From Mobula hypostoma (Eukaryota): a DNA stretch of 64,000 nucleotides. The stretch spans positions 107,758,001-107,822,000 of the forward strand of contig NC_086108.1 in the NCBI RefSeq assembly GCF_963921235.1. The letters run 5' to 3'. A program made the translations under genes and the position numbers. The notes beneath the pieces are model-generated. The model saw nothing but the letters and a program-made list of their open reading frames with translations. It ran no database searches and was not told the origin of the DNA. Each line of letters begins with the position of its first letter. Position 1 is the stretch's first letter. Below, in pieces: positions 25,886-37,535 of this stretch.

Positions 25886-26599
25886 GGTGGTGGGGAAATA
25901 GATAATTAACACTTCAGGTTGAGACTCTTGATGTGGGCTCGTTGATCAAGTGAGGAGTCTCAACCTGAAACGTCGATGGTCTATTTCACTCCATAGATGA
26001 TTTGCTGAGTTCCTCCAGTGAATGATTACATTGGATACAGGCCATGAAAGACATCATTCAGCCCAGCCAGTTCACATCTGGGATCTACTCAAACACCCTC
26101 CTGGATTTCATCATTCCCCTCTGTGACACTTTACTGCCCTTTCCCACACCCACTTGCCCAACCTCCCCTTTAAAGCATCTGTACGATTTATTGCAACTCC
26201 TCCCCATGGGGGGGAAGACAAAGGTTAGCTGTATTTATTCAATGCAGCACTGAAACGGTGAGTGAAATGCTTCGATTGACTCACCGACCAACAGGTACGA
26301 GGCTGTGCAGGGGGCAGCACATGCTTCCTGTGCCAACATAACTTCCTGACACAAACCTGCAGGTCTATGGAATATGGGAGGGAGCTGAAACACCACTCAG
26401 TCACAGGAAGAACGTATAAGCATCGTCCAGACACCAGTGGGAATTGAACCCTGATCACTGGCACCGTAAAGCCTTGCACTAACCTCCATCCCACCATGTT
26501 GCCTCATTTCCCACCACTCTCTGCAAAAAGGATTTCTTTTCTGGATTCAAAGTTCAAAGTAAATTTATTATCAAAGAAATGTGTATGTGTAACACCTGT

Positions 26600-26955
26600 G
26601 TAGTGTATAAGATGATGAGAGGCATTGATCATGTGGATAGTCAAAGGCTTTTTCCCAGGGCTGAGATAGTTGCCACGAGAGGACACAGGTTTAAGGTGCT
26701 GGGAGCAGGTACAGAGGAGATGTCAGGGGCAAGTTTTTTACTCAGAGAGTGGTGAGTGCATGGAATGGGCTGCCAGCAATGATGGTGGAGGCAGATACGA
26801 TAGGGTCTTTTAAGAGACTTTTGGATGGGTACATGGAGCTTAGAAAAATAGAGGGCTATAGGTAAACCTAGTAATTTCTAGGTAGGGACATGCTTGGCAC
26901 AACTTTGTGGGCCAAAGGGCCTGTATTGTGCTGTAGGTTTTCTATGTTTCTATGT
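26600..26955 (+). mobile_element. CR1 3' end
   Basis: Same subfamily as 38098-40998; TTTCTATGTTTCTATG tail. Confidence 0.9.
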
Positions 26956-27900
26956 TTATCGTATGTGACTGGTCATTGCACTCTTTATGAGAAAAGTCTA
27001 ATTACATTGTACTTTACTGGGTGCATGTGGGCCACCAGATGCTCTAGGTTTTGAAAGGAGGCAGTGAATTGAAAGCATACACTTCTGGAGGTAAATTTTG
27101 TTTATAAAAATAATAATATATACAAAATATTTACATGGGTAAGCACAATTCCAAATTCCTTTTTAGTTAGAATCAGTGAGACTCATCAGAATAACCTTTA
27201 TTACTCCATTTTCTCTGATTAATTAGATCTAATATTATTCCCTATTTAATGGTTTACAGACTAATACTTGCCTTTTTATTTATCCCTAGATAGTTAGGAA
27301 ACTAATTGAATTCCTGTTTTCTGGTATTATGGTTAACATCAGTTTGTTTCAGTTTCAGGTCAGTATGTCTACAAATTCAACTTCAATACAAATCTCATTC
27401 CGCCACTTATCAATGTCCTTGCAAAAATAATAATTTCTTCCAGAAAATCAAATTCAGAGATTCCTGGAATGAGAAATAACCTTATACATCCAATCATATT
27501 AAACTATCTATGTCTTGAAAATTTTTTTCCTGCGCTGGTTCTACAATCTTAGGTGGCTCACCATTTGGTTCATGGTCGTTGGGTGAAATGTTTGGTCATC
27601 CATGGAAAGTTCATTCACAAAACTTCACAAACAAAACCTGACCTGTATACAACAGGATTATAACCCAGAAGTTCCTATACGCATTCTATTTTCTATTTCA
27701 AAATAACTCAATATCACATTGTCATTTCCAAACATTTCTCAGTTACAACATTACTGAGCATATTTCAAACACAAATTATACACTCGGAACAGTGAGTTTT
27801 TTTAATTCACCAGATCCCTTGGTATGATTTAACAGAACTAATTCCCAGTTATACGGTGGAGGTCTTGGACACTTGCCTCTCCGATATCGTCTCGCTGTAG

Positions 27901-27982
27901 CTGGTGCTCATTATAGCCATAGCTTCAATAAATCTTTATCGATATTGTCTCTCCTTCAAGGACTTCACCCTGAGGATTTCCA
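27901..27982 (+). CDS. Candidate internal exon of an unidentified host membrane protein (LVLIIAIASINLYRYCLSFKDFTLRIS)
   Basis: Lies in a ~1.1-kb non-repetitive island. Acceptor CGTCTCGCTGTAG|, open frame, consensus donor CCA|GTAAGT. Hydrophobic stretch followed by basic residues. Confidence 0.35.
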
Positions 27983-28359
27983 GTAAGTAGGGTAGAGCTA
28001 CTACCTACTAACAGTTTATAGTTTGAATAGTTTGCAGCATTTCTGTCGCTGGCCACGTCTGTGCCAGCCATGCCTCGTTCTCGCATAGCTATTTTTAAAA
28101 AGTTGTCTTTTTTAAATTCGGTAAATCTCATTTTCATTCCTCCATAGGTGGAGCTTTCTAACATGACACCTTTTGGGTTTAATTAACCTGGGTTACATAT
28201 GTCACTGAGATTCATTTTCTTGCGGGTATTTATAGGAAAATAAATATAGAAGAATTTTATGAAAAACTGTACATGAAAAAGACTACCAAACAACCAATGT
28301 GAAAAAGAGGACAAATAGTACAGATAAGTAAAAATAAACAAAACTGAATTGTCGAGTCC

Positions 28360-29190
28360 TTGAATGAGTGAGTGGTACCACCACAACAGCCTCTCACTCA
28401 ATGTCAGCAAAACCAAAGAGATGATTATTGACTATGGGGAAAGAAGCCAGACATCCATGAGCCAGTCCTCATAAGGGAATCGGAGGTGAAGTCGTTCAGT
28501 AACTTTAAATTCCTTGGCATTGTCATATCAGAGGATCTGTGCTGAGACCAGGACGTAAATGCCATCACAAAGAGGCACAACAGCACCTCCGCTTTCTTAG
28601 AAATTTGTAGAGAAAACTTTGACAATATTCTATAGATGCACAGCAGAGAGTCTATTGATTGGTTGCATCATGGCCTGGTATGGAAACACCAATGCCTCGG
28701 AATGGAAAGTGTTTAAAAAGTGGTGGGTATAGCCCAGCCCATCATGGGCAAAGCCCCCACCCCCCATCAATGACCACATTTACAAGCAGTGCGGCTGCAA
28801 AAAAGCAGCATCCATTATTAAGGACCCCCACAATCCAGTCCATACTCTCTTCTTACTACGACCATCGGGCAGGAGGTACAGAAACCTATGGTCCTACACT
28901 AACAGGTTCACGAAAAGCTACCACCCATCAACTCAGGCACCTGAACCAGCATGAATACCTCAACTCTGGACTCAACTTCAAGGTCTCTACAACTCACGTT
29001 TTCAGTATTATTTATTTGTTATTATATCTTTGTATTTCCACAGTTTGTCTCCTTTTGCCCATTGGTTGTGTTTAGCTTCTCACTAATAATATTGCATTTC
29101 TTTATACCACTGTGAATGCCCGCAAGAAAATAAGTTTCAAGTTAGCATATGGTGACATAGACTGATTTTGATAATAAATTTATTTTGAAC
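28360..29190 (+). mobile_element. Rex1/Babar LINE 3' portion, internally deleted
   Basis: Collinear with the 10.5-12.2 kb and 18.3-19.4 kb copies; (GAACTTT)n tail. Confidence 0.8.
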
Positions 29191-30464
29191 TTTGGACTTT
29201 GGAAGTGAGTCTGTAGGTCAGAATCAGCTCAGAGTTTAGGGAAGTGAAGTTATCCATGCCTGTTCAGGACCTGGTGGTATAGGACCAAAGGCTCCTGAAC
29301 CTGTACCACAGGGGCAGCAGTGAGAAGAGAACATGGTCTGGATAGTGGAGGGTCTATGATGATGGATGCTGCTTTCTTGTGGCAGTACTTCATGTAAATG
29401 CGTTCAAAGATGGGGAGGGCTTTGCCAGGATCCCCTCTTCGATCTCTCAAGTGACGATCTCGCTCTGACAGCCTCCATAATGAAACCTTCTGAATCTATT
29501 CCAACCTTTCATCTCTTTCAAAACCTTTGTTAGGTCATCCCTCAGTGTTTTGTTTTTCTCAAGAGAAAAGCATGGTGTGCTTTGAAACTACTGACAGAAA
29601 GTGGGACAGAACTTACAAGTGATAAATGAGCCACATCTGATATGAATAGACAAAATTGGCCAGCAATTTAAAAGGGGTTTCTTAAAGACGCATTTCTGAC
29701 ATTGTTACCTGAAGGCATCATGTTCCAAATTAATGTGTAGTCTGGTGAAATGAGAGAGGGTAATTTCATGAAGAAGAATGGTGTTTCTGTTGTACATGTG
29801 GACCAAGTATTGACAATAGGAACAGTACTTTTCTTCAAAGATGTAAACCAGTTGGACCACGTTCTGACAAGCATAGCCATAGTGTTGGATAGACGTGAAT
29901 ATACTGAGAATGGAGGGATATAGAGTCACGGAGCACTGTAACAAACAGGCCGTTTAGCCCATCTTGTCTGTGTTGACCTGTTTTCTGCTTAGTTCAATTG
30001 ACCCATACTTAGACCATTGGCCTCCACATCCCTCTCATCCTTGTACTGATCCAAACTTCTCTTAAATGTTGCAATTGAACCCACATCCAGTTCGTTCCAC
30101 ACTCACCACCCTCTAAGTGAAGAAGTTTCCCCTCACGTTCCCCTTAAATATTTCAACTTTCACCCTTAACCTATGGCCTCTGTTGTCACCCAACATGAGA
30201 GGAAAAAGCCTGCATTTAATTACCCTATCAACACAGCTCATAATTTTATATACCTCTATTAGAATTTCCTTCACTCTTCTGCACTCCAGGAGAAAGGATC
30301 CTAAACTATTCAACCTTGTTACTCAGGTTATCAATTCCTGACAACAATGCTGATATGGATCATATACAGGTAGAAGAGTTTACAGAACCTATGGACCGAT
30401 TTTCAAGGACTCGATAATTCACATGTTCTTGGTATTAATTATTTACTATTTTTTTTTATTAGCG

Positions 30465-31345
30465 ACATCCAACACATTATCCTCCTCTCCTTCCACCATC
30501 TCCAAAGGGATCTTGCCACTATACTTACCCCCCCCTCCACTTTCCTCAGGGATTGCTCCCTCCATGATTCCCTTGTCCATTTGTCTATCCCCACTAATCT
30601 CTCTTCAACACATCCCTGCAAGTGGCCTAAGTGCTACACCTGCCCATTCGCCCCCTCCCTCACCTCCATTCAGATCCCCAAACAGTCCTTCCAGGTGAGT
30701 CAACACTCCACCTGCATATATTGTGCCCTGTGTTCCCAATGCATCCTCCTCTACATTGGTAAGACACATCATAAATTGGGAGATTGCTTCTTCGAGCACC
30801 TCCGTGCTGTCTACCAGAAATGGGACTTATGGGTGGCCAAGCATTTTAATTCCCATTCCCATTCCCATTCTGATCTGTCAGTCCATGGTCTCCTCTTGTG
30901 TCACGATGAGGCCTCCTTATATTTCGTATGGGTAACCTCCAACCTGATGGCATAAATATCAGTTTCTCCTTCTGGTAAACAAATTTTACACCCTCCCCCC
31001 ACATACTCTATTCCCCACTGTGAACTTTTACCTTAATTTGGGTCCCTTCTTTCTTCCCTTTCTCTTATGGTTCAGTCTCTTCTCCTATCAGATTCCTTCT
31101 TCTCCAGTCCTCGACCTTTCCCACCCACCTGGCTTCACCTATCATCTGTCAGGTAGGCTCCTTCTCTACCCACACCTTTTTTATTCTGGCATCTTCCCTC
31201 TTCCTTCTCATTCCTGAAGAAGAGATTCAGCCCGAAACATCAATTATCTATTCCTTTCATTAGATGCTGCCTGACCTGCTGAGTTACTCCAGCATTTTGT
31301 GAATAATGCTCTTGATTTCCAGCATCTGCAGACGTTCTCATGTTT
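30465..31345 (+). mobile_element. Penelope-like (Neptune-type) retroelement fragment with GIY-YIG endonuclease remnant
   Basis: ORF 30581..30955: PCKWPKCYTCP Cys linker, IYC..CSQC..LYIGKT...FEH...VAKHFNS. Followed by a pyrimidine-rich UTR, a degenerate hammerhead at ~31212-31245 and the common PLE tail. Confidence 0.9.
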
Positions 31346-31435
31346 ATAAGTTATTTTTTTATTTGCACAGTTTGCCGCCTTTTGCATATTGATTGTTTGT
31401 CAGTCTTTGTTTTATTTTCATTGATTCTATTGTAG

Positions 31436-31990
31436 ACTCAGTAGCCACTTTATTAGGTAGCTCCTGTACCTAACTGGGTGGCAGAGGGGAGCTATGTCTC
31501 TACCAAAGGAGGTGTAAGGTGCTCCTTCTCTCCGCTAGCCTGCAGGTCACCCTTGGGCAAGGTGTAACACCAGCTTAGCCCCCGATCAGGGTCGTGTGGA
31601 GCCAAGGAGCCGGTGGTAGATGGTCGTTTGAGCAGCCGGTGCGTATCACAAGACCTGATTATGCGACCACTGACACCAGGAAGACAATCTCCGGAGAGTA
31701 TTGATCATGGCTGGTTCACCTATCTTGTAAGGACACGGCCCAGAAGAAGGCAATGGCAAACCTATTCTGTAGAAAAATTTGCCAAGAACGATCATGGTCA
31801 TGGAAAGACCATGACCACCCACATCATACAACATGGCATATAACAAACAAACCTGTACCTAATAAAGTGGCCAGTAAGTGTATGTTTGTGGTCTCCTGCT
31901 GCTGTAGCCCATCCATTTCAAGGGTTAGTGTGTTGGTTGTTTCTTGCACCATTCCCTGTAAACTCTAGAAACTGTTGTGTGTGAAAATCC
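31436..31990 (-). mobile_element. Tc1 derivative end with the RTE-tailed SINE-like element inserted at 31474-31851(+)
   Basis: Palindromic TIR pair split by the insertion. 11-bp TSD CCTGTACCTAA at 31463-31473 and 31852-31862. Confidence 0.85.
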
Positions 31991-32019
31991 TGAAAATATT
32001 GGATAGCATAGCAAAGGTT

Positions 32020-33785
32020 TATTCAGATATACAGTATAGAGAGTAAATGAGAGGTGAGAGAGGATATCAGACCATTGGAAAATGATGCTGGAGATGTTGT
32101 AATGGGGGACAAAGAAATTGCAGATGAACTTAATGACTATTTTGTATCAGTCTTCACAATGGAAGACACTAGCAGTATGCCAGAAATTCAGGAGGATCGG
32201 GGGCAGAATGTAGTTGTTATCGTTAAGGAGAAAGCCCTTGGGAAGCTGAAAGATCTGAAACAGGTAAGTCCCCTGGACTAGATGGACAACACGCCAGTGT
32301 TCTGAAAGAGGTAGCTGAAAAGATTGTGGAGGCATTAGTAATGATCTTTCAAGAATCACTGGATTCTGGAATAGTTCCGGAGGTCTGGCAAAGTGCAAAT
32401 GTTACTCCACTATTTAAGAATGGAGGGAGGCAGAAGAAAGGAAACTGTAGGCCAATTAGCCTGGCTTCAGTGTTTGAGAAGATGTTGGAGTCCATTATTA
32501 AGGATGAGGTTTCGGGGTACTTGGATATGCATGATAAAGTAGGCTATTGTCAGAATGGTTTCATTAAGGGGAAAAATTGCCTGACAAATCTTTTGGAATT
32601 TGTTGAGAAAATGACAAGCAGGGCAGACAAGAGGGGTCAGTGGGCGTTGCTTTCTTGGATTTTCAGAAGACCTTGGACAAAGTGCCGAACATGAGGCTCC
32701 TTAGCAAGATACTATCATGGATAGGAGATCGGCTGATTGGAAAGAGGCACATGGTTGGAATAAAGGGGGGCTATTTTGGTTGGCTGCCAGTGACAACAGG
32801 ACTCTTGAGACCACTTCTTTTCATATTGTATGTCAGTGATTTAGATGACAGAATTTATGGCTTTATGGCCAAGTTTGCAGACTATACAAAGATAGGAGGA
32901 GGAGGAGCAGGTAGTTTGCAGAAGGACTTGGTCAGATTGGGAAAATGGGCAAAGAAATGGCAGATGGAATATAGTGACAGAAGGTATGTGGTCATGCACT
33001 TGGTAGAGGAATAAAAGCATAGAATATTTTCTGAACGGGGAGAAAATTCAAAAATCAGAGATGCAAAGGAACTTGGGAGTCCTCATGCAGGATTCCCTAA
33101 ATGTTAACTTGTAGGTTGAGTCAGTGGTAAGGAAGGCAAATACAATGAAAAGGCTGGAATATAAGAGAAAGGATGTGATGCTGAGGTTTATAAGGTATTG
33201 GCCAGACTGCACTTGGAGAATTGAGAACAGTTTTGGGACCCTTATCTAAGAAAGTATGTACTGGCATTGGAGAGGGTCCAGCGGAGGCTGATGATAACGA
33301 TTCTGGGAAGGAAAGGGTTACCATATGAGACTGTTTGATGCCTCTGTTTGACCCGCTGGAATTTAGAAGAATGGCAGGGTGGGGCGTGCGGAAATCACAT
33401 TAAAATCTATCAAATATTGAAAAGCCCAGATAGAGCAAATGTGGACAGGATGTGTCCTGTAATGGGTGAGTCTAGGACCAGAGGGTACAGCCTTAGAATA
33501 GATGGACGTCCATTTAGAACAGAGGTGAGCAGGAATTTCTTTAGCCCCGGGGGGGGGGGAATGGTGAGTCTGTGGAATTCATTGCCACAGATGGCTGTGG
33601 AGGCTAAGTCATTGGGTATGGAGATTGGAAGTTCTGGAGTTTGATAGGTTCTTGGTTAGTCAGGGTGCCAAATGTTACAGGGAGAAGGCAGGAGAATGGG
33701 AATGAGAGATAATAAATCAGCATTGGTGGAACGGTGGAGCAGACTCAATGGGCTGGGTGGCCTAATTCTGCTCCTTTATCTTGTG
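32020..33785 (+). mobile_element. Old CR1 LINE
   Basis: IADELNDYFVSVFT, ANVTPLFK, CLTNLLEF and KFADYTK fragments in shifting frames. Confidence 0.9.
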
Positions 33786-34014
33786 TTTTTTTTCCCCCTT
33801 GTATTACCTTGATGTACTTCTATATGAAATGATCTGTCTGAAGTGCATGCAAAACAAGGCTTCCAACTGCATCTGGGTAAACATGAGAAGAATAAACATA
33901 TTTTCAACTTCCAGCATCAACAATACATTAGACTGACAAATGAGATAAATGGCCCATTCAATGTCTACATCATTTCCCCCTATTACACTTACTGCCTTTG
34001 ATCCACATTTTAGA

Positions 34015-35185
34015 CATAGACATAGAGCATTACAACACACTGCAGCCCCTCAGGCCAACGATGTTTAACCTGCTCCAAGATCATTCTAACCCTTCCCTCC
34101 CACATAGCCTCCCCATTTTTCTTTCATCCATGTGTTCATTGTCTCACTTAAAGTATTTGCCTCTACCACTAACCCTGGCAGCGTGTTCCACACACACGTC
34201 ACTCTCTGTGTAAAAGGTTCACCTCTGACATTCCCGTTATACTTTCCTCCAATCACTTTAAATTGTGCCCTCTTGTGTTGGCAATTTCTGCCCTGGCAAA
34301 CAGTCTGGTTATGCACTCAATCTATGCCTCTTAACATCTCGTACACTCCTGTTAAGTCTCCTCCTTCATCCAAAGAAAAAATCTCTAGCTCCCTCAACCT
34401 ATCCTGTTAAGGCATCCTTTCTAGTCACATTGTTATGAACATGTTACCAACCTCCACTTTAAAGATACTCAATATCTTCATCTCCACAGTGATCCATGAC
34501 AATGAATTCCATAGATATGACCATAAGATATAGGAACAGAATTAGGCCATTTGGCCTATAGAGTCTGTTCTGCTATTTCATCATGGCTGATCCAATTTCT
34601 CTTGGTCCCAATCGCCTGCCTCTCCGCCCCCCCCCCATATCCCTTCATGCCAAGCAATCAAGTATCTATCAACCTTTGCCTTACATATACATTAAGACTT
34701 GACCGCCACCGCCACAGCCACTTGTGGCAACAAATTCCACAGATTCACCACTCTTTGGCTAAAGAAATTCCTTATAAAAAGGATGCTCCTCTATTCTGAG
34801 GCTGTGTCCTCAGGTCAAAAAGTCTCCTATCATAGGAAACACCCTCTCCACATCCACTCTAATAAGGTGTTTTACCATTTGATAGGTTTCAATTAGGTCA
34901 CCTCTCATTCTTCTGAATTCTAGTGAATACAGGCTCAGAGCACTGAAACACTCTTCATATGACAAGCCATTCAATCTGGAATATTTTTTGTGAACCTCCT
35001 TTGAACCCTCTCCTGTGTCAGCACAAGATTCTGCACTCTCTGGCCAAACAAATCTTTCCTCATCTCTAATCTAAAGGGATAGCCTTGTATTTTGAGGCTG
35101 TGCCCTCTGGTCCTACACTCCCTCACTATTTGAACCATCCTCTCAATCTCAACTCAATCTGACCCTTTCAATATTCATTGGGTTT
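34015..35185 (-). mobile_element. Cluster of CR1 3' fragments
   Basis: Several FTQRV..WN.LP segments and CR1 tails on the minus strand. Confidence 0.8.
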
Positions 35186-36128
35186 CAAGGAGATAACTTC
35201 ACTGAATTTCGCTGTCCCCAATACTGATCCCACAACCTATGAACTCACTTTCAAGCAGTCTTCAACTCATCTTCTGGATACTTATTGTCTCTTCATGTAC
35301 CGTTTTTTTCGTTTTATATTTGCACAGATAGTTGTCTTTTGCACATTGATTGTTGGCCTGTATTTGTTGTGTTTGTGCTTTGTTTGTTAGCCTGTATTTG
35401 TTGTGTTTGTGCTTTTCATTTATTCTGTTGTGTTTCTCTGTATCTACTGTGAATGCCTGCAAGAAAATTAACCTCAGGGTTGTATATGGTGACATATAGT
35501 ATATTGATAATAAATTTACTTTGAACTTTGAAACAGAATGTTTTCCTTGTGAGGGTAAACCAGGGTAGGAAGTACACAGTGAACGGTAGGGCACTGAGAA
35601 CAGATGGATCTGGGAATACTGATCCATAATTCCTTGAAAGTTATGTCACAGGACCACTTTTGGTTCACAGCTTGGTCATAAAGAGAGCTTTTGGCGCATT
35701 GGTCTTCATAAATCAGTGCATTGAGAAGAGGAGTTCTGATGTTAGGTTGAAGTTGTACACAGTGTTGATAAGGCCTAATTTGGTGTATTGTGTGATTAAA
35801 AGAATACAAAGAAAATTTACAAGGAACTTGGGGAGGGGAGTTACAGAGAAAGGTTGAATAGGCTCGCACTTTACTCCCTGGAACATAGGAGAATGAATGG
35901 AGATTTGATAGATGTATATAAAGTTATGAGGTGTATAGATAGGTTAAATGCAACCTTTTCACTGAAGCTGGGTTATACCAGAATTAGAGGTCACAGGTTA
36001 AGGGCGAAAGGTGAAATGTTTAAGGGGAACCTGAGGGGAATATCTTTACTCAGAGGGGTGTGAAAGCGTGGCTAGCAGAGGTTGGGGACGAAGGGTCATT
36101 TTCTAGAGAGAAGTTTGAATAAGTACAT

Positions 36129-36570
36129 ATTTAAAGTACATAAATACCATAAGACCATAAGACAAAGGAGCAGAAGTCAGCCATTCGGCCCATCGAGTCT
36201 GCTCCGCCATTTTATCATGAGCTGATCCATTCTCCCATTTAATCCCACTCCCTCGCCTTCTCACCATAACCTTTGATGCCCTGGCTACTCAGATACCTAT
36301 CAATCTCTGCCTTAAATACACCCAATGACTTGGCCTCCACTGCTGCCCGGGGCAACAAATTCCATAGATTCACCACACTCTGACTAAAAAAATTTCTTCG
36401 CATTTCTGTTCTGAATGGGCGCCCTTCAATCCTTAAGTCATTCCCTCTCGTAATAGACTCCCCCATCATGGGAAACAACTTTGCCACATCCACTCTGTCC
36501 ATGCCTTTCAACATTTGAAATGTTTCTATGAGGTCTTCCCTCATTCTTCTAAACTCTGTATATATTCATA
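36129..36570 (-). mobile_element. CR1 3' end inserted antisense in an older + strand CR1 (~35540-36710)
   Basis: ORF 36239..36544(-) is a CR1 C-terminus. 14-bp TSD TTGAATAAGTACAT at 36115-36128 and 36571-36584. Confidence 0.9.
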
Positions 36571-37244
36571 TTGAATAAGTACATGGATGGGAGGGGATGG
36601 AAGGCTACTGTCAGGGTTGCAGTTTAATGGGACTGGGCAACTAACAGTTTGGCATGGACTAGATGGGCTGAAGTGCCTGTTTCTGTGCTGTATTGCACTA
36701 TGACTGTATAACTCCATGATGACAAGCCATATTTCTTTATCTTCCTGAGGAAGTCTGGTCAATATTGCCTACTGTGGCATGCCGAGCAGAATATGCAGTA
36801 CAAGCTAGTCCCAATACCACAAGAACAAGTTATCTGCCCATTTCCATTTAGACTTCAGGGTCCACCATCTGCTACTTTATGTTAAAGTTGCATAAGACAT
36901 TGGTCAAGCCTAATTTGGAGTATTGTGTGCAGGTTTGTGTAACCTAACAATGGGAAAGATGTAAACAAAGGTGAAAATGTACAGAGATTTACCATGTCTG
37001 AAAGACTTAAGTTACATATAAGGAAAAATTGAATAGGTTAGGACTTCATCCCTCGGAATGTAGAAGATAGAGGTATACAAAATTATGAGGGGAATAAATA
37101 GGGTAAAAGCAATAGTCTTTTTCCACTTTAGTTGGGTGGGACTAATTTACTGACAGTCAAACTTATTGTCATCTGCATAAGTGCATGTATGCACAGGTGC
37201 AATGAACGCTTTACTTGTAGCAGCATCTCAGACACATGGAGTCT

Positions 37245-37535
37245 TATTTATTTATTGAGATACGGCATGGAGTAGTCCCTTCCAGCCCTTCGAGCCACGC
37301 GGCCCAGCAGTCCCCCAGTTTAGTCCTTGCCTAATTGCAGGACGACTTACAGTGACCAACTAACCGATCAGCAGGTACGTCTTTGGATTGTGGGGGGAAA
37401 CTGGAGCACCCGGAGGAAACCCACACTGTCACGGGGAGAATATACAAACTCCTTACAGGCAGTTGCGGGAATTGAACCCAGGTTGCCTGTACTGTAAAGC
37501 GTTGTGCTAACCACTGTGCTACCGTGCCACCCCTT
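37245..37535 (-). mobile_element. Well-preserved V-SINE/HE1-type SINE
   Basis: Minus strand: GGGGTGGCACGGTAGCACAGTGGTTAGC (A box), GGTTCAATTCC (B box), GTGGGTTTCCTCCGGGTGCTCCAGTTTCC core, AATAAATAA tail. Confidence 0.85.

Noticed and set aside
27850..27935. Minus-strand peptide ending SKTSTV* (PDZ-ligand-like last exon)
   Set aside because: In-frame stop just upstream and no good acceptor; overlaps a better + strand exon candidate.
27961..27982. DFTLRIS as an immunoglobulin V-segment motif
   Set aside because: No flanking V-domain Cys/Trp framework, no YYC and no recombination signal sequence.
27925..28180. NPKGVML resembling the acyl-CoA synthetase AMP-binding motif
   Set aside because: The required upstream YTSGTTG is absent, there is a stop two codons upstream, and the rest of the ORF shows no similarity.
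37440..37535. tRNA genes at A/B-box sites
   Set aside because: The boxes belong to SINE heads that continue into SINE core and tail sequence; no complete cloverleaf.
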